64,000 nt of DNA from Gammaproteobacteria bacterium (GTDB lineage: Bacteria > Pseudomonadota > Gammaproteobacteria > Eutrophobiales > Eutrophobiaceae), in the NCBI GenBank assembly GCA_965222155.1, contig CBDCTH010000004.1:32001-96000 (forward strand), given 5' to 3'. The notes beneath the pieces are model-generated. The model had not been told where the DNA came from. It made no database searches and worked only from the letters and a program-made list of their open reading frames with translations. This document shows positions 44,668 to 55,569 of the stretch, piece by piece (the first letter of the stretch is position 1; every line of letters begins with the position of its first letter). Made by a program: the position numbers and the translations under genes.

Positions 44668-45651
44668 TCAATAGCGGGGGTTCTTTTCCCAGTTGTAACT
44701 GGTCCTGATGATAAACTCCGGATCATCATAACGGGGCTGCCAGCCCAACGTTTCCCGGGTTGAACTGCCGTCCGCGACCAGTTGCGGAGGGTCGCCGGGT
44801 CTTCGGCCTGTTTCCATTACAGGTATGGGACGACCATGCACTTGTTCCACCGCCCGCACCACTTCACGGACGCTGTAACCATGACCATAGCCGCAATTCA
44901 GGGTGATTGAGCCTCCACCTGCTTCCAGGTAACGCAAAGCCAGGGTGTGTGCGGTAGCCAGGTCACTCACGTGGATGTAGTCCCTGACGCCGGTGCCGTC
45001 CGCTGTCGGGTAATCCGTGCCGTAAATATACAGCTGGTCGCGTTTGCCCAGAGCCGTTTCACAGGCAAGTTTGATCAACAGGGTACAATCGGGTGTCGAC
45101 TGTCCGATGCGACCGTCCGGGTCGGCTCCTGCCACGTTGAAATAGCGCAAGGAGGCATAGTTCAGCGGCGCCGTTCTGGATAAATCCCTGAGCATGATCT
45201 CAGTCATGAGTTTGGACATTCCGTAAGGATTCACGGGTTCAATGGGGCTTTCAAGGCTGACCAGCCCCGCCTCCGGGATGCCGTAAACCGCGGCAGTGGA
45301 GGAGAATATAAAGTGCCTGACGCCGCATTCCACACAGGCTTCCATCAGGTTGCGGGACTTGACGGTATTGTTCTCGTAATACATCAAGGGTTTTTCAACG
45401 GATTCCGGTACGATGGTGGAACCGGCAAGATGCAATACCGCGCCTATATCATGCTTATCCAGCAACGCGGTAACGAGTCCCTTATCGCCGACATCACCCT
45501 GGACCAGCTCACAATCGGTGACCGCCTCGGCGAAGCCCTTGGACAGGTCGTCCAGTATGATGACCTCGTAACCCTCCATGAGCAGGTCCAGGGCAACGTG
45601 GCTGCCGATGTAACCGGCGCCACCAGTCAGCAATACTACTTTATCACCCAT
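44668..45651 (-). CDS. galE: UDP-glucose 4-epimerase
   Basis: TGGAGYIGSH, FSSTAAVYG, YGMSK, LRYFNVAGA, DGTGVRDYIHV. Confidence 0.96.
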   Translation of the reverse strand: MGDKVVLLTGGAGYIGSHVALDLLMEGYEVIILDDLSKGFAEAVTDCELVQGDVGDKGLVTALLDKHDIGAVLHLAGSTIVPESVEKPLMYYENNTVKSRNLMEACVECGVRHFIFSSTAAVYGIPEAGLVSLESPIEPVNPYGMSKLMTEIMLRDLSRTAPLNYASLRYFNVAGADPDGRIGQSTPDCTLLIKLACETALGKRDQLYIYGTDYPTADGTGVRDYIHVSDLATAHTLALRYLEAGGGSITLNCGYGHGYSVREVVRAVEQVHGRPIPVMETGRRPGDPPQLVADGSSTRETLGWQPRYDDPEFIIRTSYNWEKNPRY

Positions 45652-45731
45652 GACAATCTTTCATGAAATAATCCATCCCTGCGGGAGCAGGAATCCACTA
45701 CGCGACATCCACCTTAAAAACATGAACTCCC

Positions 45732-46223
45732 TCACTCAAACAAAATTACTTCACATCCTACCGCAACCAACTCAAACAACTCGACCACGTCGCGGTTGCG
45801 CATACGTATGCACCCGGCTGAACCGGGCTCACCCATGGTTACATCGTCGGGTGCTCCGTGTATGTAAATGTAGCGGCTATAGGTATCTACCGATCCGTCC
45901 CGGTTGACCCCGGGTTCTTCTCCGTGCAACCAGATAATCCGGGTGAGTATCCAGTCACGTCCGGGGTATTGCCGGCGCAGTTCCGGATTATATAGCTCGC
46001 CGGTGGCTTGCCTGCCGACAAACACCGTATTAGGCACGCACCCTGCGCCGATCATCTTTGCGATGCTGTGTCTGCCCCGGGGCGTACGACCACTGTCAAG
46101 CTCCTCACCGCTGCCGTTTTTTCCGGTCGACACAGGGTATTCGCGGCTGACGCCTGCAGTTCCATGCAGTTGCAGAACCTGTCTGGCTAAGTCAATATAA
46201 ATCTTGTAGTCAGTATGTCTCAT
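45732..46223 (-). CDS. L,D-transpeptidase family (YkuD) protein
   Basis: YPVSTGKNG, TPRG, YIYIHG...SAGCIRM. Confidence 0.9.
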   Translation of the reverse strand: MRHTDYKIYIDLARQVLQLHGTAGVSREYPVSTGKNGSGEELDSGRTPRGRHSIAKMIGAGCVPNTVFVGRQATGELYNPELRRQYPGRDWILTRIIWLHGEEPGVNRDGSVDTYSRYIYIHGAPDDVTMGEPGSAGCIRMRNRDVVELFELVAVGCEVILFE

Positions 46224-46235
46224 TGATTTTGTACC

Positions 46236-47558
46236 TTACTCAAACAAGGCGATGGATTCAACATGGGACGTGTGGGGAAACATGTCCATTACGCCAGCCG
46301 CTTTCAAGTATAAGCCTGCTTGTTTCACCAGGATACCTGCATCCCGGGCCAGGGTTGCGGGGTTGCAGGATACATAGACCAGTTTTTCCACCCGTTGTAA
46401 ATCCAGATGTTCGATAATCTCCCGGGCGCCGCTGCGTGGGGGATCAAGTAAAACCTTATTGTAATCGCGCCCAAGGAGCACAACGCCGGCGTCCTGTCCT
46501 GACAAGTCACACACACTGAAATTGACGTTGGATAAGCTGTTTTTCTGCGCATTCCTGTTTGCGCGACTCACCAGTTCTTCCGACCCTTCAACCCCGGTTA
46601 CGTAGTTTGCATATCTCGCTATAGGCAGGGTGAAGTTACCCAGGCCGCAAAACAGGTCAAGCACCGTGTCAGCGGCGGACAGGTCCAGTAATGAGATAAC
46701 CCTGTCAACCAGCAAAGGGTTAAGATCAAAATTTACCTGGGTAAAATCAACGGGAGAGAATTCTATGCTGACATCGTGGTTGTCCAACCGGTAATACAGG
46801 TCTTGTTCATCCTGCTCGGATAAGCTGTGTACGCTGTCCAGCCCGGCAGGCTGCAGGTAAAACCTGACAGGATTTGTTTTCTCATACTCGGCCAGTACCC
46901 TCATGTCACTCTCGGTCAAAGGGGCTATATGCCGGATAATTATGGCAGCGAACGCATCGCTTATCGCCACCTCCAACTGGGGGATGTGCCGGTAAGCCGA
47001 CAGGCCGCGGATCAGTTCCTTCAGTTGGCCGATCGTTTCCCCAAGGAACGGATGCAGGACCTCGCAGGAATCAATATCGGCAATGAAACGGCTGTTCTTT
47101 TCCCTGAAACCCACCAGCACTTTTTCCTTCCCGGCGACGTATTTCACGCCCATTCTGGCTTTCCGCCGGTAGCCCCAGTGAGACGCTGACAGGGGCGGGA
47201 TAACCCGCTCCGGCGCCAGCCCGCCAATGTGCTGCAACTGTTCCAGTAAAACCGTTTGTTTGTGTAAAACCTGCTGTCCGCTGTCCAGGTGCATCAGGCT
47301 GCAGCCGCCGCATAGCGCGTAATGCGGGCAGCGGGGTTCAACCCGCAGCGCCGATGATTCGACCACGTCAACCACCCGGCCCTCATCGAATTGTCCGCGC
47401 TTGCGGGTATACTGAAACAGTACTTGCTCTCCCGGTAGAGCGCCGTCTATAAAAACGGTCTTGCCATTGATATGGGCTATGCCCCGGCCTTCATGGGAAA
47501 GGGATTCTACTGTTGCCGACATTGGTTCGGCAGGGAGTTTGCTACGTCCGCGGGACAT
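46236..47558 (-). CDS. rlmD: 23S rRNA (uracil1939-C5)-methyltransferase
   Basis: TRAM domain, CPHYALCGGC, FTQVN, LDLFCGLGNF, LDPPRSG, YVSCNPATLARD, DMFPHTSHVE. Confidence 0.96.
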   Translation of the reverse strand: MSRGRSKLPAEPMSATVESLSHEGRGIAHINGKTVFIDGALPGEQVLFQYTRKRGQFDEGRVVDVVESSALRVEPRCPHYALCGGCSLMHLDSGQQVLHKQTVLLEQLQHIGGLAPERVIPPLSASHWGYRRKARMGVKYVAGKEKVLVGFREKNSRFIADIDSCEVLHPFLGETIGQLKELIRGLSAYRHIPQLEVAISDAFAAIIIRHIAPLTESDMRVLAEYEKTNPVRFYLQPAGLDSVHSLSEQDEQDLYYRLDNHDVSIEFSPVDFTQVNFDLNPLLVDRVISLLDLSAADTVLDLFCGLGNFTLPIARYANYVTGVEGSEELVSRANRNAQKNSLSNVNFSVCDLSGQDAGVVLLGRDYNKVLLDPPRSGAREIIEHLDLQRVEKLVYVSCNPATLARDAGILVKQAGLYLKAAGVMDMFPHTSHVESIALFE

Positions 47559-47639
47559 TGACCGTACAAGGATTTTTATTTAAACCATGTGTATCATACA
47601 CGCTGATAATCGATAATTATCTGTTTTGAAGAGAGAATT

Positions 47640-47679
47640 TTGACGTATTAATTGATATAGTCTATATTAGACTATATCA
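47640..47679 (+). promoter_or_regulatory. Sigma70 promoter with overlapping operator palindrome of the TA operon
   Basis: TTGACG-17 bp-TATATT; perfect inverted repeat TGATATAGTCTA-TAT-TAGACTATATCA at 47653-47679. Confidence 0.8.
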
Positions 47680-47694
47680 TTAGTTGAAGGAGTA

Positions 47695-47979
47695 TTGACC
47701 GTGGACCATTCCAAACCATATCCAGTCTGGACAGTTGCCCAGGCCAAAGCGCGGCTTTCGGAAATCCTGCGCCTTGCCGAAAAGGAAGGGCCGCAACGCA
47801 TCGGCGCCAGGAAGGCTTTCATCGTAGTGCCGGAACATACATGGCGGAGACAGACTTCACATCGTAAGCCCCTGGGCCGGTGGCTGGTCGACAACATGCC
47901 GCGTGGGACTGATCTTGAGGCAGCGGACCGTCACGAACCCGTACGCGAGATCTCATTCGTGTCTCAGGATGATGAATGA
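47695..47979 (+). CDS. Phd/YefM-family antitoxin
   Basis: WTVAQAKARLSEILRLA..GPQRI; overlaps the PIN toxin start (ATGA). Confidence 0.85.
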   Translation: MTVDHSKPYPVWTVAQAKARLSEILRLAEKEGPQRIGARKAFIVVPEHTWRRQTSHRKPLGRWLVDNMPRGTDLEAADRHEPVREISFVSQDDE

Positions 47980-48395
47980 GCGGCTATCTTATTGATACCA
48001 ATGTGGTATCAGAACTGACGAAAACATTGCCGGACTCAGGGGTCGTTGCTTTTCTGTCAGAACACGATGATCTGTGGCTGTCGTCGGTCGTGCTGCATGA
48101 ACTGGAGTTCGGATTGCTATCTCTTCCCGAAGGGCGTCGCCGCGATGACTTGCAGCAGGTTCTGTCAGATTTCATCGCCGAGTTTGACGACCGCATCTTA
48201 CCCCTGGAGCGTATCGAGGCGGAGTGGGCCGCCCGACTGAGAGCAGAGGCCCACCTGTCAGGCCGAGTGCTGCACCTGGGCGATGCGCTGATCGCCGGAA
48301 CGGCTAAGGCGCATGGACTCTCGGTCGCAACACGGAATGTAAAAGATTTCGACGGGCTGGATGTCAACGTCGCCAATCCCTGGCAAACACCATGA
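47976..48395 (+). CDS. vapC: VapC-family PIN-domain toxin
   Basis: YLIDTNVVSE, ELEFG, DALIAGTA, ATRNVKDF. Confidence 0.93.
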   Translation: MSGYLIDTNVVSELTKTLPDSGVVAFLSEHDDLWLSSVVLHELEFGLLSLPEGRRRDDLQQVLSDFIAEFDDRILPLERIEAEWAARLRAEAHLSGRVLHLGDALIAGTAKAHGLSVATRNVKDFDGLDVNVANPWQTP

Positions 48396-48422
48396 TGGCC
48401 ATCTCCGAATTCATTATCGGCG

Positions 48423-49637
48423 ATGTTGTGCTTGATGAAATCAACCCGGAGCATAAGGATTAACCGGATGAGTGGTCGCTTGAATGTGCTTCACGTTACA
48501 CCGAGCATGTCGCCTTCATGGGGAGGGCCGGCGGTTGTTGCTTCGGAATTGACAACGGAACTCGTTCGGAAAGGGGTACGATGCGAGATTGTGACGTCTC
48601 ATGGGTACAGGGTGGGTACCGGTCAGGTGCCGGCACCCGGCGTGCCTGTTACCAGCTTTGCGACAGAACTACCGGCGCGGCTTTGGGTCGGTTATTCGAG
48701 AGAATTATCACGGTTTCTGAAGGACAGGGCGAACAGCTTCGATCTTATCCATATCCATGAGATATGGCATTACCCCGCCTTTGCGGCGTTTTGCGCCGCC
48801 AGAAAATACAGGATTCCCTATGTGGTGACCATTCATGGCGAACTCAGCGAGTGGTGCCTTCGACAGAAAGTGCTGAAGAAACGAATCTACAGGCTGTGCC
48901 TGTTGGACAGGATGTTACGCGCTGCCGGCACACTTCACGCGATTACCGACGCTGAAAAAAAACAGATTCTCAATCTGGGTTATGATACCCCTTTGGTCGT
49001 AACTCCAAACGGCATTGAACCGTCCAGGTTTGAGGCACTGCCCTCTCCCCGCAGTTTTATTCAACGCTTTCCAGAATTAAAAGGAAAACGTGTCGTTCTT
49101 TTTATGGGTCGATTACATCCCAAAAAAGGGCTGGATATACTTGCCCGGAGTTTTTCCATGATTGCCCGGCGTTTTGACAACGCTGTCCTGTTGGTCGTCG
49201 GCCCGGATAAATTCGGGACTAGGGCGTATATGCAGTCTATCCTGCATGCGGAAGGAATACTGGACAGAGCGGTGTTTACCGGTCTGCTGACAGGCCGGGA
49301 CAAGCTGGCTGCGCTGAGTTGTGCCGACCTTTTCGTGTTGCCGTCACACTCCGATGTTCTGGGGATCGCCGTACTTGAAGCAATGGCCGCGCGGCTGCCT
49401 GTGGTGATTACTACGAAGTGTGAATTTCCCGAGGTCTCCGAAAACAAGGCGGGCCTCGTGGTCGAAACAGATGAGGCGTCAATTGCCGCAGCGATGAGCC
49501 GGTTGCTGGAGGATGCAGCGCTACGCAAGCGTATGGGTCAACAGGGATACAAACTGGTCACCGACCATTATACCTGGCCTGCCGCCGCCGTGATGGCCGA
49601 CCTTTATAAGGGTCTTGCAGCAGGTCAGCATGAATAA
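48423..49637 (+). CDS. Glycosyltransferase family 4
   Basis: WGGPAV, PNGI, FMGRLHPKKGLD, FVLPSHSDVLGIAVLEAMA. The true start may be Met at ~48468. Confidence 0.92.
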   Translation: MLCLMKSTRSIRINRMSGRLNVLHVTPSMSPSWGGPAVVASELTTELVRKGVRCEIVTSHGYRVGTGQVPAPGVPVTSFATELPARLWVGYSRELSRFLKDRANSFDLIHIHEIWHYPAFAAFCAARKYRIPYVVTIHGELSEWCLRQKVLKKRIYRLCLLDRMLRAAGTLHAITDAEKKQILNLGYDTPLVVTPNGIEPSRFEALPSPRSFIQRFPELKGKRVVLFMGRLHPKKGLDILARSFSMIARRFDNAVLLVVGPDKFGTRAYMQSILHAEGILDRAVFTGLLTGRDKLAALSCADLFVLPSHSDVLGIAVLEAMAARLPVVITTKCEFPEVSENKAGLVVETDEASIAAAMSRLLEDAALRKRMGQQGYKLVTDHYTWPAAAVMADLYKGLAAGQHE

Positions 49638-51177
49638 TCATGATGCGGGCGGGATGAGCCTCAGCGCACGTACGCTCAGTGGGCTTGGCTGGTCTTATCT
49701 GGCTACCTCCATCAAGGCTTTGCTGTCATTACTGGTATTGGTTATCCTCGCCCGGCTGCTCGCACCGGTTGAATTTGGTCTGCTCGGCATTGCCTGGATT
49801 TTTATCATGCTGGGAGCCAGGTTCGGCCAAGCATTTATCGGACCGGCCGTAGTCCAGCGGAGCGAGTTGACCGACCGTCATATTCAAGTCGGTTTTACCC
49901 TATCAGTGATAATCGGTATCGCCTTGGCGGGGATTATCCTGTTGCTTACGCCGATTATCGGTGAATTCTTTAATGAATCGACGGCAGCGCGGGTTCTCCA
50001 AGCGTTATCAATAATATTCCTCATCAATGGCATTGGAAACGTACCCACCAACCTGCTGCGACGGGCTCTCCGTTTCAGAGAATTGATGGTTGCCGACGTA
50101 CTGGCCTATTCCGTCGGCTACGGGCTTACGGCAATAGCCCTCGCTCTCCAGGGCTATGGCGTATGGTCTCTTGTCTGGGGCGAGATCATGCACAGGGTCA
50201 TCCATACGATAATGGTAGTCCGCTATACACATATGCATCTTTATCCCCGCTGGGCACTTAGCGAGGCGACAGATCTCCTGTCCCGCGGGGCCGGCTTTTC
50301 GCTGGCCCGGTTTTTCGAGTTCATTGCCCGGCAAGGCGGCTACTTTGTTATAGGGCGCTGGCTGGGCGCCGCGTCACTGGGTTTTTACTCGCGGGCGGAC
50401 AAGCTCATCCTGTTGCCGAGGAACTACGTCAGCCAGAGTTTGTTTCATGTACTGTTCCCGGTCATGGCACAGCGCCAGCAGAGGACGGAGCGGCTTGCAG
50501 GCATTTACCTGCATGGTTCCGAGATATTATCACTGGTGGCATTACCGGTAAGTGCCTTGTTGTTTGTGGGGGCTCCGGAGATTGTATCGGTGATCCTGGG
50601 AGGGCAGTGGGACCCGGTTGTCGATCTTCTCCGGATTCTTGCATTTGCTGTCCTGTTCCAGATGTGCGACATCCTGAATATCGCCGCCATCGGCGCGTTA
50701 GGCGCGGTTTATCGCCAGGCCTGGCGGCAAGGGTTACACGCTTTTCTTGTTGTCGGCGGCGCCTGGTTTGCAAGCCGGTGGGGTCTGGAAGGCGTAGTTA
50801 TCGTTATTGTCGGCGCTCAGGTTATCGCTTATTTGTTGTTGACGCAGTTGACGGTTTCACTTCTGAATATGCGGTGGCGCCATTTAATCCGCAGTTGCCT
50901 GCCGGCATTATGGGTCGGTTTCTGGGCTGGCGCGGCACTGTGGCTGGCGGCAGGACTAGCGCGGGCCATGGCCTTGCCGGCGCTACCGGCGCTGATTGTC
51001 GAGGTCCTTATCTGGTTCACGGCGGCGACCGCGGCGCTATACTTTGCCCCGTCTTGTGTACGGCCTTTCTCCCTGCACTGGACACTGGGCAACGTTCCCT
51101 TTGAGGTACTGGGAACGCCGGGAAGTTACCTGAGAACAGGACTTGGATGGTTGTCACGGGAACGGGAGGATTGTTGA
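49630..51177 (+). CDS. Wzx-like polysaccharide flippase (copy A)
   Basis: LARLLAPVEFG, GVWSLVWG, IGRWLGAASLGFYSRA; many TM segments; paralog at 56644. Confidence 0.9.
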   Translation: MNNHDAGGMSLSARTLSGLGWSYLATSIKALLSLLVLVILARLLAPVEFGLLGIAWIFIMLGARFGQAFIGPAVVQRSELTDRHIQVGFTLSVIIGIALAGIILLLTPIIGEFFNESTAARVLQALSIIFLINGIGNVPTNLLRRALRFRELMVADVLAYSVGYGLTAIALALQGYGVWSLVWGEIMHRVIHTIMVVRYTHMHLYPRWALSEATDLLSRGAGFSLARFFEFIARQGGYFVIGRWLGAASLGFYSRADKLILLPRNYVSQSLFHVLFPVMAQRQQRTERLAGIYLHGSEILSLVALPVSALLFVGAPEIVSVILGGQWDPVVDLLRILAFAVLFQMCDILNIAAIGALGAVYRQAWRQGLHAFLVVGGAWFASRWGLEGVVIVIVGAQVIAYLLLTQLTVSLLNMRWRHLIRSCLPALWVGFWAGAALWLAAGLARAMALPALPALIVEVLIWFTAATAALYFAPSCVRPFSLHWTLGNVPFEVLGTPGSYLRTGLGWLSREREDC

Positions 51178-51262
51178 CATCAGTGCTGGAACAGTCATAC
51201 TTTGCAGGTCATTACACGATAATCGTGGAGAGTCCCCGCACCTGATATCTGGTTAAAAAAGC

Positions 51263-51910
51263 GTGAAAGAAAGCACTGATGTATGTGACGGATACAAGCG
51301 CGTCTTCGATCTGGCGATAATAATTATCGCTTATATATTGTTTTTTCCGGTATGGCTGATTATTTGGTCCATAGTGCCCGTTGCCATCTGGCTGGAAGAC
51401 CGGGGCCCGGTTTTCTATGCGCAGGAACGGGTTGGCCGACGCGGTAAGCATTTCAATGTCTTCAAGTTTCGTACCATGATCCAGAACGCCGAAAGTCTGA
51501 CGGGACAGGTCTGGGCAACGGAAGATGATCCCCGGCTGACCCGGGTCGGGAAGATATTGCGCAGGTTTCATCTTGACGAGATACCGCAAGTAATCAATAT
51601 CGTGAGGGGTGAGATGAGCCTGGTGGGGCCGCGCCCCGAGCGCCCGGTCCTGGCACAACAGTTCAACCGCGAAGTGCCCGGATTCTCCCAGCGCCTGAGG
51701 GTCAGGCCGGGTATTGCGGGGCTGGCCCAGGTGCGCGGCAGCTACTGGACAGATCCGGGTTACAAACTGAAATATGACAACCTGTACATCGAAACAATGA
51801 GTCCCTGGTTGGATTTAAAGCTGCTTTTTCTCGCCGTCTGGGTCGCCATCAAGCGTGTCTTTTGTGGTCCGGACGCTTCCGTTGCAGATAACGGCGCTGA
51901 AAAGGATTAA
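51263..51910 (+). CDS. Priming sugar (phosphoglycosyl) transferase (copy A)
   Basis: KRVFD, FKFRTM, DDPRLTRVG, LDEIPQ..GEMSLVGPRPE, VRPGIAGLAQV. Confidence 0.94.
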   Translation: MKESTDVCDGYKRVFDLAIIIIAYILFFPVWLIIWSIVPVAIWLEDRGPVFYAQERVGRRGKHFNVFKFRTMIQNAESLTGQVWATEDDPRLTRVGKILRRFHLDEIPQVINIVRGEMSLVGPRPERPVLAQQFNREVPGFSQRLRVRPGIAGLAQVRGSYWTDPGYKLKYDNLYIETMSPWLDLKLLFLAVWVAIKRVFCGPDASVADNGAEKD

Positions 51911-51944
51911 ACCTGATGACGCGACGAAACAGGTAGGCAACCAT

Positions 51945-52731
51945 TTGGAAACCGGGCATAAGAAGGCACAGCAGGTCACCGTTTCAATTATTATCCTGAC
52001 CTGGAATTCCGAGCAGCAGGTCGGTGCCTGTTTAACCTCACTGGATCAGGGGTTGAATTCGTTTTCGTCCGAAGTCATTGTGATTGACAACGGTTCACAG
52101 GATCGGACCTGCAGCATCGTCAGGGAAACCCGGCCTGGGGCGCAGTTGCTATGCAATCCGAAAAATCGTGGCGTTGCCCCGGCTCGCAACCAGGGAATAC
52201 GACTTGCCCAGGGCGAATATGTACTTATCCTGGATGACGACACGATCGTGCAGCCCGGAGCATTGGACCGTCTTATCCGTTACATGGAGGATCAGCCCGA
52301 GGCAGGACTATGCGGACCCAAACTGACTGACGCTGCCGGCGAGCTACAGTTATCGTGCCGGCTGTTTCCGACCCTGATTGATAAACTGGCCCGGCGCTTG
52401 CCAGGCGATTCGCCACAGCGCTTTACGGGAGGTGGGCCTGTTTGACGAGCGTATTTTTTATGGCCCGGAGGACATCGATATGTGTCTGCGCCTGCAACTG
52501 GCTGGCTGGTCGGTAGTGTATAACCCTGAAGCTGTGGTTATGCACGAGGAACGCAGGATGACCCGCTCCCTGGGATCCGGCCTGGTGTGGAAACACGTTT
52601 GCGCTCTGGGCTATTATTTCTGGAAGCATGGCTATTTGCTGTCGTGTCAACGGTTGTATTCGCAGCTCACACACCCAGGGCAGCCTTTCAGTCAAGGACA
52701 GAAATCCAGTCAATCATCGACCCAGGAATGA
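51945..52731 (+). pseudogene. Glycosyltransferase family 2, frameshifted by an internal deletion (copy A)
   Basis: Split into ORFs 51855-52445 and 52378-52731. About 95 bp present in copy B (59408-59502) are missing at ~52395. Confidence 0.88.
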
Positions 52732-53420
52732 TCAGCTTCGTAACCCAGATCTATCAGTGCCTGTCCGGCATAATGGTCAAATACTTCCCTTGCCTCCCGC
52801 GTGAAGTGGTTCTTCCAGTCCCCGACGATACCTTTGCGAACAAAGCAGTACGCATTTTCATTACCCGGTTTACGACCTGTGACGTTCTCAAAAGAGAATT
52901 TTGAAATACACGCGCCAAGCTTCGCATCATCAACACTGTATACCGACAGATACTCGAGGATTTTTTTCAATTCTCGTCCAGGATTCTCCCGCATGGATTC
53001 ATAACTGGTTTCCACGTAATTAGTCCGATTTTTCCAGGTTTTTATGAAACTGGTCCAGGTCATATTGAATGGTGGCCCCTCTGTGAAGCAATAATCGATG
53101 TACCTCGGTAAGTATTGTTGTATATCCTGGGCATCTTTAATCCCAAGTCGTTCCTGCTGCGATTCCGCCCAGCCCGGCATAACCGTACGTCTGTGAAACA
53201 AGTGATAGTAATAGTGGGACACAACCACATCTCTTCCATCGCGCCACATGACAATAGTATCGTTTGAATCGGCGACGTCCAGGTAGTGCCCATGCAGGAT
53301 ACAACGGCTGCGCGGCGGCAACGATCGCGCGTATTTGGCATGTCCAGGTACTCGGCAATCATTTGGCACACCCAGGTTCCGCCGGATTTTGGATATTCCG
53401 TCAGCACAACCATATTGCAT
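52710..53420 (-). pseudogene. Sulfotransferase domain protein with frameshifted N-terminus
   Basis: The PAPS motif EYPKSGGTW is in a different frame (53060-53413) from RDGRDVVVS...FVRKGIVGDWKNHF (52710-53420). Confidence 0.8.
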
Positions 53421-53502
53421 TTAGCTTATTCCTCCTTAAACTGTACACATACTCGTTGCCAGTTGTTGATTGTTCCAGCTTTAATATCCATCCATAACAG
53501 AA

Positions 53503-53964
53503 TTGAACCAAACTAATCCAGTAGATTTTCTCGTAGTCGGCGCCGCAAAATCAGGTACAACGACATTGTTCGAGACTCTGGGCAAACACCCTGGGATATA
53601 TATTCCCCAGCGCAAGGAGTGCCGTTATTTTTCTTGCACGCTTGGCGAATTTGCTGAGCCCGGGCCGCAATATGCAAACAATGTAATTCGAACTCTGGAA
53701 GAATATCGGGCTTTATTTAAAAAGGCAAAACCAACTCAGGTTTGTGGAGATATCTCATCGGATTATCTCTATTATTATCGAAATGCCGTTCCCAAAATTC
53801 TTGAAGAAAAGAATGCGCAGACCCCGATTGTCATTGTTCTGCGTAATCCTATTGACCGGGCTTATTCGAGTTATCTCTATCATGTTCGCGATGGGCGGGA
53901 GAAGTTGAGTTTTGAAGATACCTTGGATGCGGAAGAAGAACGTCGTACCGCAAATTGGGCCTAG
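53503..53964 (+). pseudogene. Truncated sulfotransferase (copy A)
   Basis: GAAKSGTT, LRNPIDRAYS; stops after ANWA, halfway through the 307-aa copy B. Confidence 0.88.
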
Positions 53965-54015
53965 GGCTGCAAATCGACGCCACGTAGCGGGCTGGGCTTT
54001 GCTGCCGGCTATTTA

Positions 54016-55569
54016 GTCGCCCCTGAAAAACCCTGTTTCAGGCCGCCATTGAGGTCGCCGGCAGCCATGACAAACAGCGCGGTGCGCTCCACAGACGCAG
54101 CCAAGCCAGTATAAGTATCCTTTTTTTGAGACAAAAAAACCTGAGCCGCCTCAGGATCAAGCGCAGGTTGTGGCCGGCACAACTCAACAGGACATTTAAT
54201 TGGTCGCCGTCTGTCCCGTTCAGGTGATTGCGCCCTAACAGCCCATCGGCTTTCAAATGACCGATCACCGGTTCAATCGCCTGGCGGCGTTTGAGTGACT
54301 GTTTTAACCGCTGTGTCTTAATACCGCGCTTCTGCCCGGAGATGTACACCGTGGACTCGGTTTCATCATGCCCCCGATAGCCCCGGTCCACAAACGCCTC
54401 ATCAATACTCGTCCCGGTCAAGCGCCGTACCTGCTCCAATGCTTGTTTCAAGGTGTGCCCGTCATACGGGCTGCCCGGCAAGGCCATACCCCCCACCACA
54501 AAGTTACTCTTGTTCGTGGTGGCAATGCTCGCCTTCACCCCGAATTCATAACGTTTAGCCACCTTACCCTTACTGATACATTCCACCTCCGGGGCGTGCA
54601 GGCTGTACAGCTTGTTTTTATCCTGCTTCTGCTGCGCCAGCAGCCGCTTGGCTAAGGCCAATTCATCGGCAAAGATACGCTGCTGTGCCGGATTGCCCGC
54701 GGTGTTACGCTCACTGTCACGCACCACCCGGCCCAGAGCCTGCCCCTGTATGGAGTTGAGCAGGGGGAGGTGCGTAACCGCTTCACCTCGCGCCGCAGCC
54801 GCCGATACTGTTTGGCATGGCCGTAGCGGTTCGCCTGCTGCAACGCCCGCGGCCCCTTGCGGGCAGTGCTCTGGCGTAACACCACCCCCTGTTTGTGACA
54901 TAACCGTACCCACCGCACCCGGGACCGATTCAGCAACTTGCTGTCGGTCGGATAACTCACCGCTTATCTCCTGTACCGTGGTGTCCACCGTCACCCGTTT
55001 GAAGTCCGTCGTCTTCACTGCCTTGCTCTGCACCCCCAGCGCCACCGTCACCTGTAAAATCCGCGCACACCCCGACTCCCCAATGCGTCGGCGAAAGCGC
55101 GTCAGACTGCTCGGGTCGACCGGCACCTCGTGCTGAAAGTACACCGCCCCGCAGACGTACTGCCAGTACGGATTCTCCACCCAGCCCGACACCACCGCCT
55201 CATCGGATAACCCATAACAATGCTTCAGATAGTGCAACCCCACCATTAACCGGGTCGGTTTCCCCGGACAACCGTTATCCGGACAGTACAGCGCACCGAA
55301 TGCCTTATCAAAACCGACTAGTCCACCCGGTCGGCCAGGCGATATAAGGCATGGCGTTGATTGAGCATAGTGTCCAGGCGTTCGCGGAACAGGTCGGTTG
55401 AGGTGCGGGTTGCGGCGTCAGGTTGTCTGGGGGTCATTTTTTCCTCCGAAATTGCAAGAAAATGAAGGTCCATGATACCAAAACCGGCACTATCAGTCCA
55501 GGAATAAATGCAGGTTACATAATTATAATCAATAGGTTAGAATAGCTTTTGGGGTTATTCAGGGACGAC
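54016..55569 (-). mobile_element. IS5-family insertion sequence with inactivated transposase
   Basis: TIRs GTCGCCCCTGAAAAACCC / GGGTTATTCAGGGACGAC, TATTTA on both flanks. Motifs WVENPYWQY, VDTTVQE, KLYSLHAPEVECISKGK, VDRGYRG, RRQAIEPVIGHLK. ATG at 55437, nonsense plus frameshift at ~55320, frameshifts at ~54960 and ~54750. Confidence 0.93.

Noticed and set aside
40101-47313. Many antisense and alternate-frame ORFs overlapping the bacterial genes
   Set aside because: Shadow ORFs expected in GC-rich coding DNA; no motifs or ribosome-binding sites.
54038-55246. Intact 402-aa IS5 transposase
   Set aside because: It lacks the true N-terminus (nonsense and frameshift at ~55320) and has an out-of-frame middle between compensating frameshifts.
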